A stretch of DNA of 63,693 nt, counting the filler, from Phoronis australis (lineage: Eukaryota; Animalia; Phoronida), in NCBI GenBank assembly GCA_002633005.1. It is 9 parts of 9 records of this genome, joined end to end, with 100 filler letters (N's around TTAATTAATTAA, not from the genome) between each part and the next. Parts side by side here need not be neighbours in the genome. Positions count along the whole stretch, not along the records: positions 1 to 7,929 come from NMRA01000296.1; positions 8,030 to 35,801 come from NMRA01001310.1; 7 more parts are not named here. The stretch is one strand, 5' to 3'. Below are positions 1 to 11,100 of this stretch, piece after piece. The translations under genes were made by a program, and so were the position numbers. The notes beneath the pieces were generated by a model. That model worked only from the letters and a program-made list of their open reading frames with translations. It ran no database searches and had not been told where the DNA came from. The number at the start of each line of letters is the position of its first letter. The stretch's first letter is position 1.

Positions 1-420
1 TTTTTGGGGGTTTCTGCCGGGCACAATCCAGAGTGTAATTTGTCTGTCATAGGGCATTTAGTGATCTGTGACATGTATTGAATCATACAGAATTGGTTTT
101 GTGTGGTACCTCGAATGTATGTGCTAGCTCATTTTTGGGGGGTCCTTTTTTGGTTTCTGCCGGACCTATTCCAGAGTGCAATTTGTCTGTCATGGGTCAT
201 TCGGTGTTCAGTGCGGTACTATTGTTCGTTTTAAATCAGTTTTGGTTGATACCTCGAATATCTAGTCTAGCTCATTTTTTGGGCTCTTAGTAAGGCCCCC
301 AGGGGTCACACCCAGAGTGCAGACAACGGCAGACGTCCATTTCTGTACATACTGAGGTGGACTTTAAATGCTCCCGTGGTCAGATGTTGGTACCTCGTTC
401 ATCTATGCTAAGTGCTCTGG
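1..420. repeat. Degenerate tandem repeat, period about 142 bp, about 3 copies
   Basis: CCAGAGTG recurs at 28, 171 and 312; ACCTCG near 108, 251 and 392; TTTCTGCCGG at 11 and 154. Confidence 0.7.
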
Positions 421-872
421 GCTGCCGGTCTACGTCTAAGCCGATATATTTCTTTATATTTCTCTCTCGTTTTTTTCTTCGGCCATTTTTTGTCTCATAC
501 GCATGACAAATTGTTCCTCAAACGAGCCAAGTCTCGTAAACTTACTCTGACCTTAATTAATGTAATGTAATGGGAATTACTATACCCCTGACATCCTTGT
601 CACACTAAGATTTTGGGTCAACCTTCTACAATTACACAATAGTTGCGCCATTTTACAGCTGCTTGCTCAGCTTAGCTCTTCAACCACAGATAACTATGAA
701 TGATGAACTACTGATTATTTGGTGTTGTCAACTATTTTGAATACTACATAATTATTTCAAGACGCGTAAACGCACCAATAAGCCTGGGTGTACTACATTA
801 ATCGTATGTTTTTTTTTCCTTTTAGGACACATTTGGAATGGACAAGTAGAAATCTTGTCATGAGTTGCTTAA

Positions 873-1542
873 AAAGGCATGGAACACGAAACCTCATGGG
901 CGGCGCACCATAGGGGGCTGGAGGGCACACTTCTTCCAGTGCTAGGCTGCACATTTGGTCTATAGGTGATGCACCACAGGGGGCTGTGGGGGCTTTAGCC
1001 CCTCTTTTTTCAGTGCTGCGCTGCCCATGAACCTCGTCAAAATGTCTTAAACAATTCTTGACCATATTGCAAGGTCTAGTAAAGAGTAATTTACTTTCCC
1101 GTGGGATGAAATTTCCAGAAAAAAATCACAAAATTCACCATCTTTGAAATAGGCGCGAAGGAAAAACTCTGTGGTTAGCTCAGAGTTTCTAATCTCCCTC
1201 CCTCTTATGATAAATGCGCGCATATGGTCAGTCAGATGCTTGAAGTCGCTTGAGGTCAAAGGCCACATTTTCCATATAAGGGAAAGGTGCTTCGTCTATG
1301 TCTTGTCATACCAAATGAGGAGACGTGGTTTGCCTTGTACAAGCAAATTGACGAAGTGGCGAGCAGTTGACAGATCGTTTATTTTGAAATTTGAAACTAA
1401 AAGATGTTTGATATGAGCAGAAATTAAAAATCTTGACGAACAAACCCTAAAAATACTTTGTAAGCATTTTGAATTCTGTTCCAGTGGCATAGAACCACTT
1501 TCGATGTTGCAATTCAGTCTTTTTATCGCGTTCCAGGCTTCT
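873..1542. mobile_element. Non-autonomous Kolobok-like DNA transposon (TTAA target site) carrying a nested MITE
   Basis: TTAA flanks at 869-872 and 1543-1546. Imperfect TIRs AAAGGCATGGAACACGA / reverse complement AGAAGCCTGGAACGCGA (13/17 match). A diverged second copy lies at about 24050-24543. Confidence 0.6.
895..1029. mobile_element. MITE with 5-bp TSD (hAT5-like)
   Basis: TIRs CATGGGCGGCGC...GCGCTGCCCATG; direct repeat AACCT at 890-894 and 1030-1034; inverted homolog at 44300-44448. Confidence 0.85.
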
Positions 1543-1854
1543 TTAACAAAATTAAAAATTAAGAAATTTTTACTTCGTTATTATACTAGTCAGAATTATA
1601 TACTAGCTTTTATCAATTTTAGGGCACAGTCGGTATAGGGACATGTGGAAGTTTTTGTCAAGTTTCTTAACAAAATTAAAAGGTCAGAAATTTTTAGTTC
1701 ATTGTTATAGTTGGAATTGTATAGTTTTTATCAAACAGCGCAATGTAAACCCATTTCGCTTTACGCGTTATTATTAGGTAATAGAAAGAGACACGGCGTA
1801 ATTGGGTGCGTACGTTTCCGTTAAATTTTATTCCATATGTGTGTTGACAACCCT

Positions 1855-1940
1855 TCTCTGAGGCGGACCGTTTTGCCCACTTCGCCAAATGGGGGTGCTC
1901 GTTGGAGCCCCTCGAGCCCCACCCCCTATGTGCCCGCATG
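1855..1940. mobile_element. MITE fragment related to the 15122-15361 element (one end)
   Basis: Reverse complement GGGCAAAACGGTCCGCCTCAG resembles GGGCAAAAAAGGTCCGCCTCAG in 15122-15361; ends in GTGCCCGCATG. Confidence 0.5.
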
Positions 1941-3349
1941 GAAATCGACATTTTGTGAGTATGCTGAAACTTGTTCGGCAAAGAATAGTTCTTTTTTGAG
2001 TTTCGAAAGTTTACATGTAAGGAGCAAAGCAACAGGACAATGTCACTTAACAGTGTTTTTGATACCCGGTATTACTAGATAATTCCATCTTTTTTCGACT
2101 GAAAACGACCAAATGTTGTAACATGCGGAGATAAATCTGACTAGATAGCAGTAAGTTCATACGCGGTAGCTAGGAAGTTAGTAAGTCTCGACAAAAATCA
2201 ACAACGTTGCCCGCAGTTTTCTGTCATGGCTTGGCGCGCGCGCTGGGATTCATTGTCACACTAGCAGAGTGTCATGATCCGCAATGATGGGGACTTGTCA
2301 GAAATACAGAAAGGGAGCAACTGCAGTTCTGCATTCAGGACTGGGATGCTGTGAAAAATGTCACTTTTGTTGCTACCGTATTTTCTAGAAAAGTACACTG
2401 TATTACACATTGCTAAATTGCACTTTGCTTGTAGTGTTAACGGTAGTCTTTTAAGGTATTGTGAATAAGTCATGCTTGGGAAATGCTCTTTTCCTTTCTT
2501 TCTTACCGTATGATTGCGCCATTAGACCCACGGGCGTCTGTGCGGAACTACGCTTTTATTTATTTTAGGCTCATGGCGAACCATTTGGGTAAACAAGCCG
2601 CGAAAAGGCATCTCTTCGAATATTTCTTGAGAATACGCCAAAAAAGATCTACAAACATACGGAGACACGTAAAAATGTCATTAGGAGGCACAGCGGTAGT
2701 TAAAACGGTTACTCTTATATATGAGAATTAATGCATGGCTTATATAGGGGACATTGCCTGGGCTTATATGCGAAACTTCGGCGCATGTGTCATTATGCGA
2801 TCCACTTGCTGGGTAAAAATGACCGAGAAATGGGCACTATTTCGGATATAGGCCCATGGACCTCAAGGCGGGCCAATACGGTAATAATTTGTGTAAACTA
2901 TGATTGTCTGTAGACGTTGATCACCTCTATTTCAAGCTTTGAGTAAAATAGTATCAAAACGTTTTCATCGATGTTATGTTCCTTAAAAAAATCTGGAGAA
3001 ATTTTGCTAAAATCGTATAAAAATTAATCGAACGTTATTCGACAATTTTGGTGAAAATAAAAGCGCAGTTTCCTTTCTTCAATATAACGATTGCACGCTG
3101 CCGAAAATAGCCGAAACTACTCCAGACAGCGCATTGCCCGGAATAAAAAGTCTTGGCAGCTGCTGACAACGGCTCCGTTTGAACAGATGCCTTGCTATTT
3201 TTGTAACCACACAGTGTTTTGATACTGTTATAAACCAGTCGCACTCGATTTTCTGCTACCTTCGAGCCTTTTTTCTTGGATACAATTTCGGAGACTGGTA
3301 ACCGCCTGTAACGCAGACGATGTGGCTCTGTATTGCGGACTGATACGCC

Positions 3350-3445
3350 GTAAAATGTAACAATTTCGTAAAATGTAACAACTGTTACATTTTACGTTGC
3401 TAGGCCTCTCCTAAAATGTAACAAGTTGTTACATTTTACGAAAGC
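3350..3445. repeat. Cluster of direct and inverted AAAATGTAACA motifs (transposon subterminal-type array)
   Basis: TAAAATGTAACA occurs three times and TGTTACATTTTA twice, forming palindromes. Confidence 0.6.
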
Positions 3446-4150
3446 GACGTCGTATTTCATGAGTTTGCAAGGTATTGTCACACGGAGGAAAACCGTTCAC
3501 ACACTTAAAGTCCTGCTCTCACACGTTGTTAACCCTTATTACATGATTAGAGGATGTTATAAGGATCCAAGAAGTACCTACCCCATAACTAATACACGAT
3601 CCGTTCTCGAAAAAAGTTTAAATGAACGCGCCACTCACGATTTGCACCCCAAGAACCACCGCCATTTTGAACTTGCCGCGAACCCGGAAGTACAATTCAT
3701 TCAGGAACCCAGGCCAAGAAAACGCCGTCAGTGCGACTGGAGCAGTGCCTGTACTGTTACCAGCCAGCAAACGGGGATAAATAATCGACAGCGTGCCTTA
3801 ATTTTAATAAAATCAAACAACGGACAATTTTATCGAATTTTCTGAAGAAATGTGGCGAATAAATTTTGACAGAAATTATTTTGCCAGACTCGGGACCGCA
3901 ACCTATCGGACCCGGTGCGAATCGAGACCAGACACTGGCGAACGGTAAATGCATGCGGTTGCAAGCTGTTTCGTCGAAATAAAATGGTCAAATGATAAAT
4001 GCTGCATATATTCAACGGTAGTTTCAGACACCTGCATGAAATTACGGGCTGGTTAGTCATGTGTCACACTGCCGCGGCAGACCTTAGCCTCAGTCACCAG
4101 CTACCAGTGAAGACTATAGTCAAAATACAGCTTGTTAGTAGGCCTATACA

Positions 4151-4302
4151 GCCTCCCGTTCAGTAGCGCTAGGACCTCGCTAAGAAGCAAGACTTCGCGA
4201 GATTACGTGAGATATTGCCGTGTATTTTAAATGAGAACATGTGACTTTGACTAGGATTTAGCAAGGTCCTAGCGTAGGTCCTAGCGTCTACTGAACGCAA
4301 GC
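4151..4302. mobile_element. Small MITE (Harbinger-like)
   Basis: TIRs GTTCAGTAGCGCTAGGACCT / AGGTCCTAGCGTCTACTGAAC; superfamily assignment is inference. Confidence 0.6.
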
Positions 4303-5494
4303 CAGCTTTGCGCCAAGACTACCCTTAGGCCTAACTGGTCGCTGGCCACAAACACAAAAAACACGAAAATTGAACAAAGTTTCTTTTTTGTAGCAACGTT
4401 TGTCAAAATGTATCAACGTTAAATCTTCACAAATTACAAAGTAGCCGATTGAACATGCCTTTCAGTTCAGCAAAAGTCGCCATGTTGTCGGTGCCGCCAG
4501 AAATGAGACGAAGTCCAACGGGAATTGTGAGCACATTTATCACTTAATGAGTAACAACTGCGAGGCTGAAATTTGGTGAACACTGTTAAATCGTGCAGAA
4601 CAGTAATTAAAGATATGTCTAACTAAATTTTACCGTAATTTGTTGGCGAAAACAATTCACCCAAAGTTTTAAACTCGTAACTTATCCCGCTGTCCTCCAA
4701 TATGGCCGACGCGATCCAAACAAAGTGACCCAAATTTCGCCACAAAACTTGCAATAACTTTACACTGCTTGCCCCGATTTTGATACTTTTTCGATTTTAC
4801 TGAGTAGAATGTACTACCTTTCCGATGATAGCAAAGTACTTTTTCAAAACTAGAAGAAAAATAAAACCAAAAAAAAATTGGTTCTACCCATATTGGTGCC
4901 TAGGTTCGACCGGCCTACGTAAGGAACTAAACACCAATGCTATTTTAAGATACTAAGTACGCGTAACATTCCAAAAAAATCAACGACCACTAACTACAAA
5001 CTATAAATACACTACATATGTAAACGAATCACGAGATATTACTAATAAAACAAAATAATGAAGACTTTTCGAGCAAGCCATAGCACATTCAGTTACAAAG
5101 AAAAAATGGCGGCGTTCAGGACAAGTTCCTGAAGTGATGAGCCGGAAATGTGGGTACGTAAATAACCGATGACAGCCGGTAATTATACGCTCACAGAGAA
5201 GGGTCAAATACTGTTAAAAACTCGCTTTTGGCAAGAAAGACGAAATGAATATAAAGAAAGGGTGTCGAAAATAAGAATTTATGTAGTAAGTATTTTCGGA
5301 TACTGGAACCACATGGGCAGTTTGAGAGCAGGACTTTAACGCCTTCTTTATCGGATTGTGTGAATGAAATTCTATCAAATATGCCAGGTAGACCTTATAG
5401 ATAAGTCCCGATGTACTTTCCATGGTTTTTTGAACATGAGTAGTTTAATGGTATAGTAAAAATGTACAGCGTACAGATTCAACTTCACACAAAA

Positions 5495-5574
5495 CGAGTT
5501 TCCAGGATCAGGTAACAAGTTTTTTATCGTTAAATAACGATAAAAAGAGCTTGTTACCTGATACTTGAAAATCG
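5495..5574. repeat. Long near-perfect inverted repeat (hairpin or tiny MITE)
   Basis: ATCAGGTAACAAG...TTTTTATCGTTA pairs with TAACGATAAAAA...CTTGTTACCTGAT. Confidence 0.7.
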
Positions 5575-6534
5575 AGTGTCTCAGGTGTCGAATTGTTGCG
5601 ATTTATGGAGAATGGCTTTAAAGCGTTCCTGCATTCTTTTGTTGACGCTCATAAACCAATTTTTATCTGACATTACAGTAAACACACTAACTTCCCTTTG
5701 TAAGAACAACAATGACATCGTATTTGGCTAATATTTATCGTATATCTTCGGGAACGAACGACGATAACAAAATTTTCCATGGAGATTTCAATTTCGGAAA
5801 CCAATTTGATAGAAAAAATATCAGTTTTAGTCCACAATAGTTTGGTTTATTTCGACCAGTGTTTTATTGCCTTGGAGTCATCGCTAATGCAGTAGTTGCC
5901 CTGCTTCACACAAAAGGAGCAGTCAAAGTTTCAGATGCTCACTACCACCTTAGTTACGAATGACAATTTCTTAAAGACATTGTGGTGGAAGGAAATAAAA
6001 GCACACACGTATTTGCCGGTAGGTTGACAGATTTTGCCAAAGCAACAGCAAAATATCGCCTTTGAGAAGGCCGAGCCATTAGTTCAAAATGTAGCGGCAT
6101 TGTGACGAAAGAAATAGTATTGTTCCTATGATGTCAAACCTGTCTGAGGTAGTGGTTGTAACAGCAGGTGAAACCGCGACGTGTATATGTAAAAACAGGA
6201 TACCTAGCACTCTGAAGGGACCTGATCAATTTGCTCAAACCTGGTCTAGATCTATAGTTTAAAGGGGCAATGGTTCAAAAATGCTTACTTTCAGGCTTTC
6301 AGACTATAAAAACGTACAATTTCTCTTTGTATTACCTTTTAAGATAAAATGTGAATTAAAATTGCTATTTGACCAATGGTCGTTAGTTCGAAGTACAAAT
6401 AAATAAGGATAAAGATTGGACATTCTGTTATTAATGGGCGTGAATTCACGTGTCTCATGAGGCGCCATTTTTGTGTTGCAGCTCGCAGATAAGAGTATTT
6501 TAAAAAATGTTTTGAAGTAAGGTTTCTGAAAACT

Positions 6535-6635
6535 TTCCTATAGGATTTTTTTCTATAGGAATTCCTGTAGGAAATCTTGATCCTATAGGAAATCCTATAA
6601 GAAATCAATAATAGTATTGGGTCCTATATAGGATC
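6535..6635. repeat. Array of palindromic TCCTATAGGA-like units
   Basis: TCCTATAGGA and variants occur about six times. Confidence 0.6.
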
Positions 6636-7151
6636 TTATACATTATTTTCGTATGAGCGGCGTTCAGTTGCACGCAAAACTGTCTTTGGTAAGAGTGCCA
6701 GTGAGTGTGCGGAGAACTAGTTCATGAAGTTTTTGTAGTGTTTGGTATGGTTAGCGTCCGTGGCAAGAGAGTGGTTTTCATGTGTTACTGGCATTTTCTC
6801 AATGACGTATCAACTCGTACAAACAATTGGTATAAATGGACGTGTTCTGTTACGATACTGCATGCATTACTGACATGAACCAATACAGCGAAATCAATGG
6901 CCTTGTAAATCTATCTCATTAACCGTGAACTTGTCTATGGGATGGTATGTTATGCACTCCGAGTTCACTAGATCAAAAATGTGCGCACTGATAACGCTGG
7001 TCAAAGTTCAGTTGACGAACTCGACGATACCAGGCAAAATACGAAGGAAATCGTCTGTATTTGTTATGAAAGCAAATACGGCTCACGTTGCCCGTTTGAC
7101 AGTTGTTATTACAGATCGGGGCTTATCGGTGTAGTGGTCGTAACAGCGACA

Positions 7152-7929
7152 ATGACTGGATTTAAAAAGCCGCAGATATCGATAACTTTCTATGTGCTAG
7201 TGATTCTATTCAATATAGCCTCGTGGATCGATCTGGATGGAGTGTGGTCGGAACTTCCTTTACTGGTTCCTCAGCTGCCGGAAGGCTGGGCACTGCCTAG
7301 TCAGATCACGATCGCAAATCAATTTGCCGTCATAGGACCATTTATCTACTTCATTGCAAACACCATCAAGCCAGGAATTATCAAAGAAAATGTGGCCATA
7401 TACATTGTGATCTCTATTGGATTGATCGGTTGTGTCTTGTTGGCGTTATTTTGGGACGCTACAGTGTTTATTGCCGGGTCGGAAAGGAGTGTTGCCCTGT
7501 TGGCTTTGTCGTTCTTTTTGGCCTTCACCGACAACACTTCTACTATTGTTTTCCTGTCTTATTTTTCGATACTTCCTGCTGAATATCTCTCAGCGTATTA
7601 CGTAGGCGAGGCTATGTGCGGTTTTGTACCATCTATTGCGTCTTTGATACAAGGAGCCGGAGAATATGACTGTGTGAATGTAACGTCTGTTCGTCTCGAA
7701 AATGTTACATGGGGAAACGGGAGTTTTGTGGGCCCAGAAAACGTAACGGAATGGAAACTGGAGGCTGTTATGAGGAGCCCACTGTTTTCAGAGAGTGTGT
7801 TTTTTGGTATCCTGGCAGCAATTCTTTTAACTAGTGGCATATCTTTCACTCTCATCAATTACCATCCCTGGTGCAAGAGATTTCACGCGAGAGAGCCATC
7901 AGTCGATGAGCAAGTGTCCAGTGGAATAA
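7152..7929 (+). CDS. SLC52A: SLC52-family riboflavin transporter, N-terminal coding part, truncated at spacer
   Basis: ATG at 7152. SWIDLDGVWSELPLLVPQLPEGWALPS matches the SLC52/GPR172 signature WxELPxxVxxLPEGWxLPS; also DNTSTIVF, YYVGEAMCGFVPS, SLIQGAG and several hydrophobic helices. Confidence 0.92.
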
Positions 7930-8029
7930 NNNNNNNNNNNNNNNNNNNNNNNNNNNNNNNNNNNNNNNNNNNNTTAATTAATTAANNNNNNNNNNNNNNN
8001 NNNNNNNNNNNNNNNNNNNNNNNNNNNNN
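7930..8029. other. Artificial assembly spacer (44 N + TTAATTAATTAA + 44 N). Identical spacers at 35802-35901, 41866-41965, 45750-45849, 49687-49786, 53524-53623, 56266-56365 and 62558-62657; plain N gaps at 38810-38914 and 63309-63333
   Basis: The same six-frame stop linker sits inside each N run. Confidence 0.97.
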
Positions 8030-8063
8030 ATCATATGGACACACCAGCATTTCGTAAAGGAAT

Positions 8064-8122
8064 ATGTCTGTCGTGATCCACTTGTTCTTTTTGTATTTCC
8101 TGGTAGTAAGATTGGAAGCAAG
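8064..8122 (+). CDS. Exon 1: signal peptide MSVVIHLFFLYFLVVRLEAR
   Basis: ATG, hydrophobic core and strong donor AG|GTGAGT; phase 2 matches the downstream exons. Confidence 0.65.
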
Positions 8123-11100
8123 GTGAGTTTTTCAAATTTACATGGCCTGTTCTTTGTTCTTCTTTAAATAACGAATGGATTTTATACGCATTCCTTGTCG
8201 TTTGTAATTTATGGTTCTTTTGTAAACCTGCAGTTCTGAAATTATACCCTCCTCATTTCCTGAATACAATGATATTAGCAGGTGCATAATATTACAAACA
8301 TGGCCGTGAAAACGTTTCACAACCTGTGAACCGGAAGGGTAAGAACTTTCTTCGTGATTTACAAGATGTCCAGGTTCGTTTCGTACATGCTGAATATAAT
8401 AACGTGAACTCATTTTTAAAAAGTTTGAAAACCCAAATGTTAAGAAAGCTCTACACAATTACTGTTCTTAAAAATACTAACAGACATATACCAAACCCGA
8501 TTTTGGTCAATTAACTGATATTAAAAACGACGTTCCTATCTAGTCTGTTGCTATATATGTTGTGTTTCTAACTAATTTTTACAAGGAATCACATAGATAA
8601 GGAATTAGCGTGCAAGTTCTACTTTAACACGTAACCTGTCTGCACAGACAGGCTCAAGAAGACAGCTACTCTTTGGGACACAATATTGTCAATGTCTTTT
8701 AAATCAAAATGCTGTCTGTGGTAGTTACAGGGTCGAAATGAATCAATGCACCGTGCCGGGTGCTAACGAACACAGCGAATCGGTTATGCTTAAATACTAG
8801 CATGTTCCAGACATTTTCCATTTCATTTTATCAACAATGATCCTGCCATAAAGTTAATACTTTTACTTGTGAAAAGACGTCATATTTGTTAACCTGATGA
8901 TGTAGCGTTCATTTGTATGGTATTTGGAGGGTTTGTTATGATGGCGGATATGGAACCAGAGGAAGGAGTTGTTTTTAGAAGTAACCTTTTTAGCGATAAA
9001 TTTATTTATTGGGACAAAAAAACACAACACGAGGGTAGTTTTGGTGAAGTTTATTTGATGTGTGTTGGCAATTTCTGGGTCACGGCTCTATAAAAAGTGG
9101 TGGTACATACCAGATTGGTGCAGTGTACCATAAAACAGGTAGCACCAGGTAGCACGTCTAGGTACCAGATGGGTACAACAAAACGAATAGGTAGCTTTGT
9201 TTTGTAGGCTACTCCAAATTGGTAGAGGCCAACTGCCTACATGTACCAAATAAACTCGAGCAAAACGGCATATATAACCAGGTACCATATGTGTACACGA
9301 AATGCCAAATGGGCTAAGATAAAGTAATTTGGCTACAGCAATAACAGATAGCCTCAGGCATATGGAATGCCCAGATGCAAAAAAAATCAACACAAATATA
9401 CACTCAAAGACCATTATAATATTGACATCAACATTTGAAATTTTGCCAACATTTTGATAATCTTGTTTACATTTCAAAAAAACAATGTTTTAAATGATTT
9501 GGGAGTGCCAATCTGTGTTGAGTTTCTTACTTTCTATTAAGGCTGCCAAAGCGAAGAAAATCAAGTCAAACGACTGACGTTTCACCTCAACACCATGAAA
9601 AGTTCGTCAAGAATTAAAATCATGCCAATAATTTTCTTTGAAAACCTTACTACTGTTCCTTTGAAATCTTACCAAGAATTTCTTAAGCCGTTTTTAGATT
9701 ATCTTAAAGTCTTTAAAAGATACATTTTTAAATGTCTTGCCAACATGTTCAACTAAACTTGCCAGTATTTTTTAAACTATTGTCCTCGATCAAAAAGTAT
9801 TGTCATGAAATCTTGTCAGGATTCTTGGAAAGACTTCATGAAATACAAATAAAGGCTTGATATTTCGCTCCTTTGGCATTCCGTACAGGAGGATCATGCA
9901 TTATCAAACGAGAGTTCTCGGAAGAGCGACACCTGGCGAAATTAACCGAAAAGACGACGCTAGAGATGATGATGACGATGATGGTTATGATGATGAAGGT
10001 GGCGAGTATGAACAACACATTGACATCCATATTACTAGCGACGATGCAAGAAATCAGTAAGAAGTAGGCTACGTACAGTCTTGAGCGACACCTGGCGAAC
10101 TTAACTGAAAAGACGACAATGGAGATGACGACGGCGATGGAGATGACGACGACGATGATGATAGTGGCGATTATGAACAACACGATGACATTCATATGAC
10201 TAGCGAAGATTTCAGAAATCAGTAAGAAATGGGCTACTGTCCTGTTCAGTAGAAGCTAAACCAACATCAGTGCAGCAAGACCGGTCAGCAAATCAGAAAA
10301 TCTCAAATGATTAAAAAATAGGCATTGCAGCGAAAAATGAAAAATATCTTCTGAAACTCTATCTAACATATTAATTTCGCAAAATTCCGTGGATTTTTAC
10401 GTGTTTTTTTGAAATTATAAGTCAAATAACTCGAAAACGGTAAGCCTGGGAAAAATGTTACAGACAATCACTATTAGTTCCTTTTCAGACCGGAATTCAC
10501 AACTCTTTTAAAAAATGAACAATTTATGACCAAATATAAGCATGACAGTTTTGAGACATCTAGTTTGAGATTAAGACATTTCTAAAACAAACACTCGACG
10601 TTGCTCCCAGCTCCCGCGGTGTTCAGCTTGGCTACAATGTTAGGATAAGTTTGGCCAATAAGTTGCGTTTTACCCAGACAACGAGGCAAATCAGCGTGGA
10701 TCTATTGGATGTATGGGACAATTAAAACGCTTCTTTCAAAAATAGAGAATGACCTCCCCATACGGCATTCGAAATACACATACGTTTTCGTAACACGTCT
10801 ACTTAAGTCACCTTTGTATTTTTATTCTTTTCACTCTTAGCACAGATCCATATATATTGAAAAGGGATCACTGGTATACATGTACTGTACTTCATAGACC
10901 AACAGTGTAACTCATCATAGCCTAATGCTAGTGGAGGCTTGGTGCAAGGAGCTGATCCAAAACATCTTTTTAATCGATTGTGCCACTTTATAACCCGGCT
11001 CAATCTGAGTCGCTCAACTACTTGATGTAAGCGACTTCGCACTTATTTTTTTCGATAGCAGCACTATACCCACGTGGTGGAAACAGTTCCACTTCATATG

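Noticed and set aside
6981-7151. N-terminal extension of the SLC52 ORF
   Set aside because: Starts at GTG under a prokaryote-style ORF rule; family similarity begins after ATG 7152.
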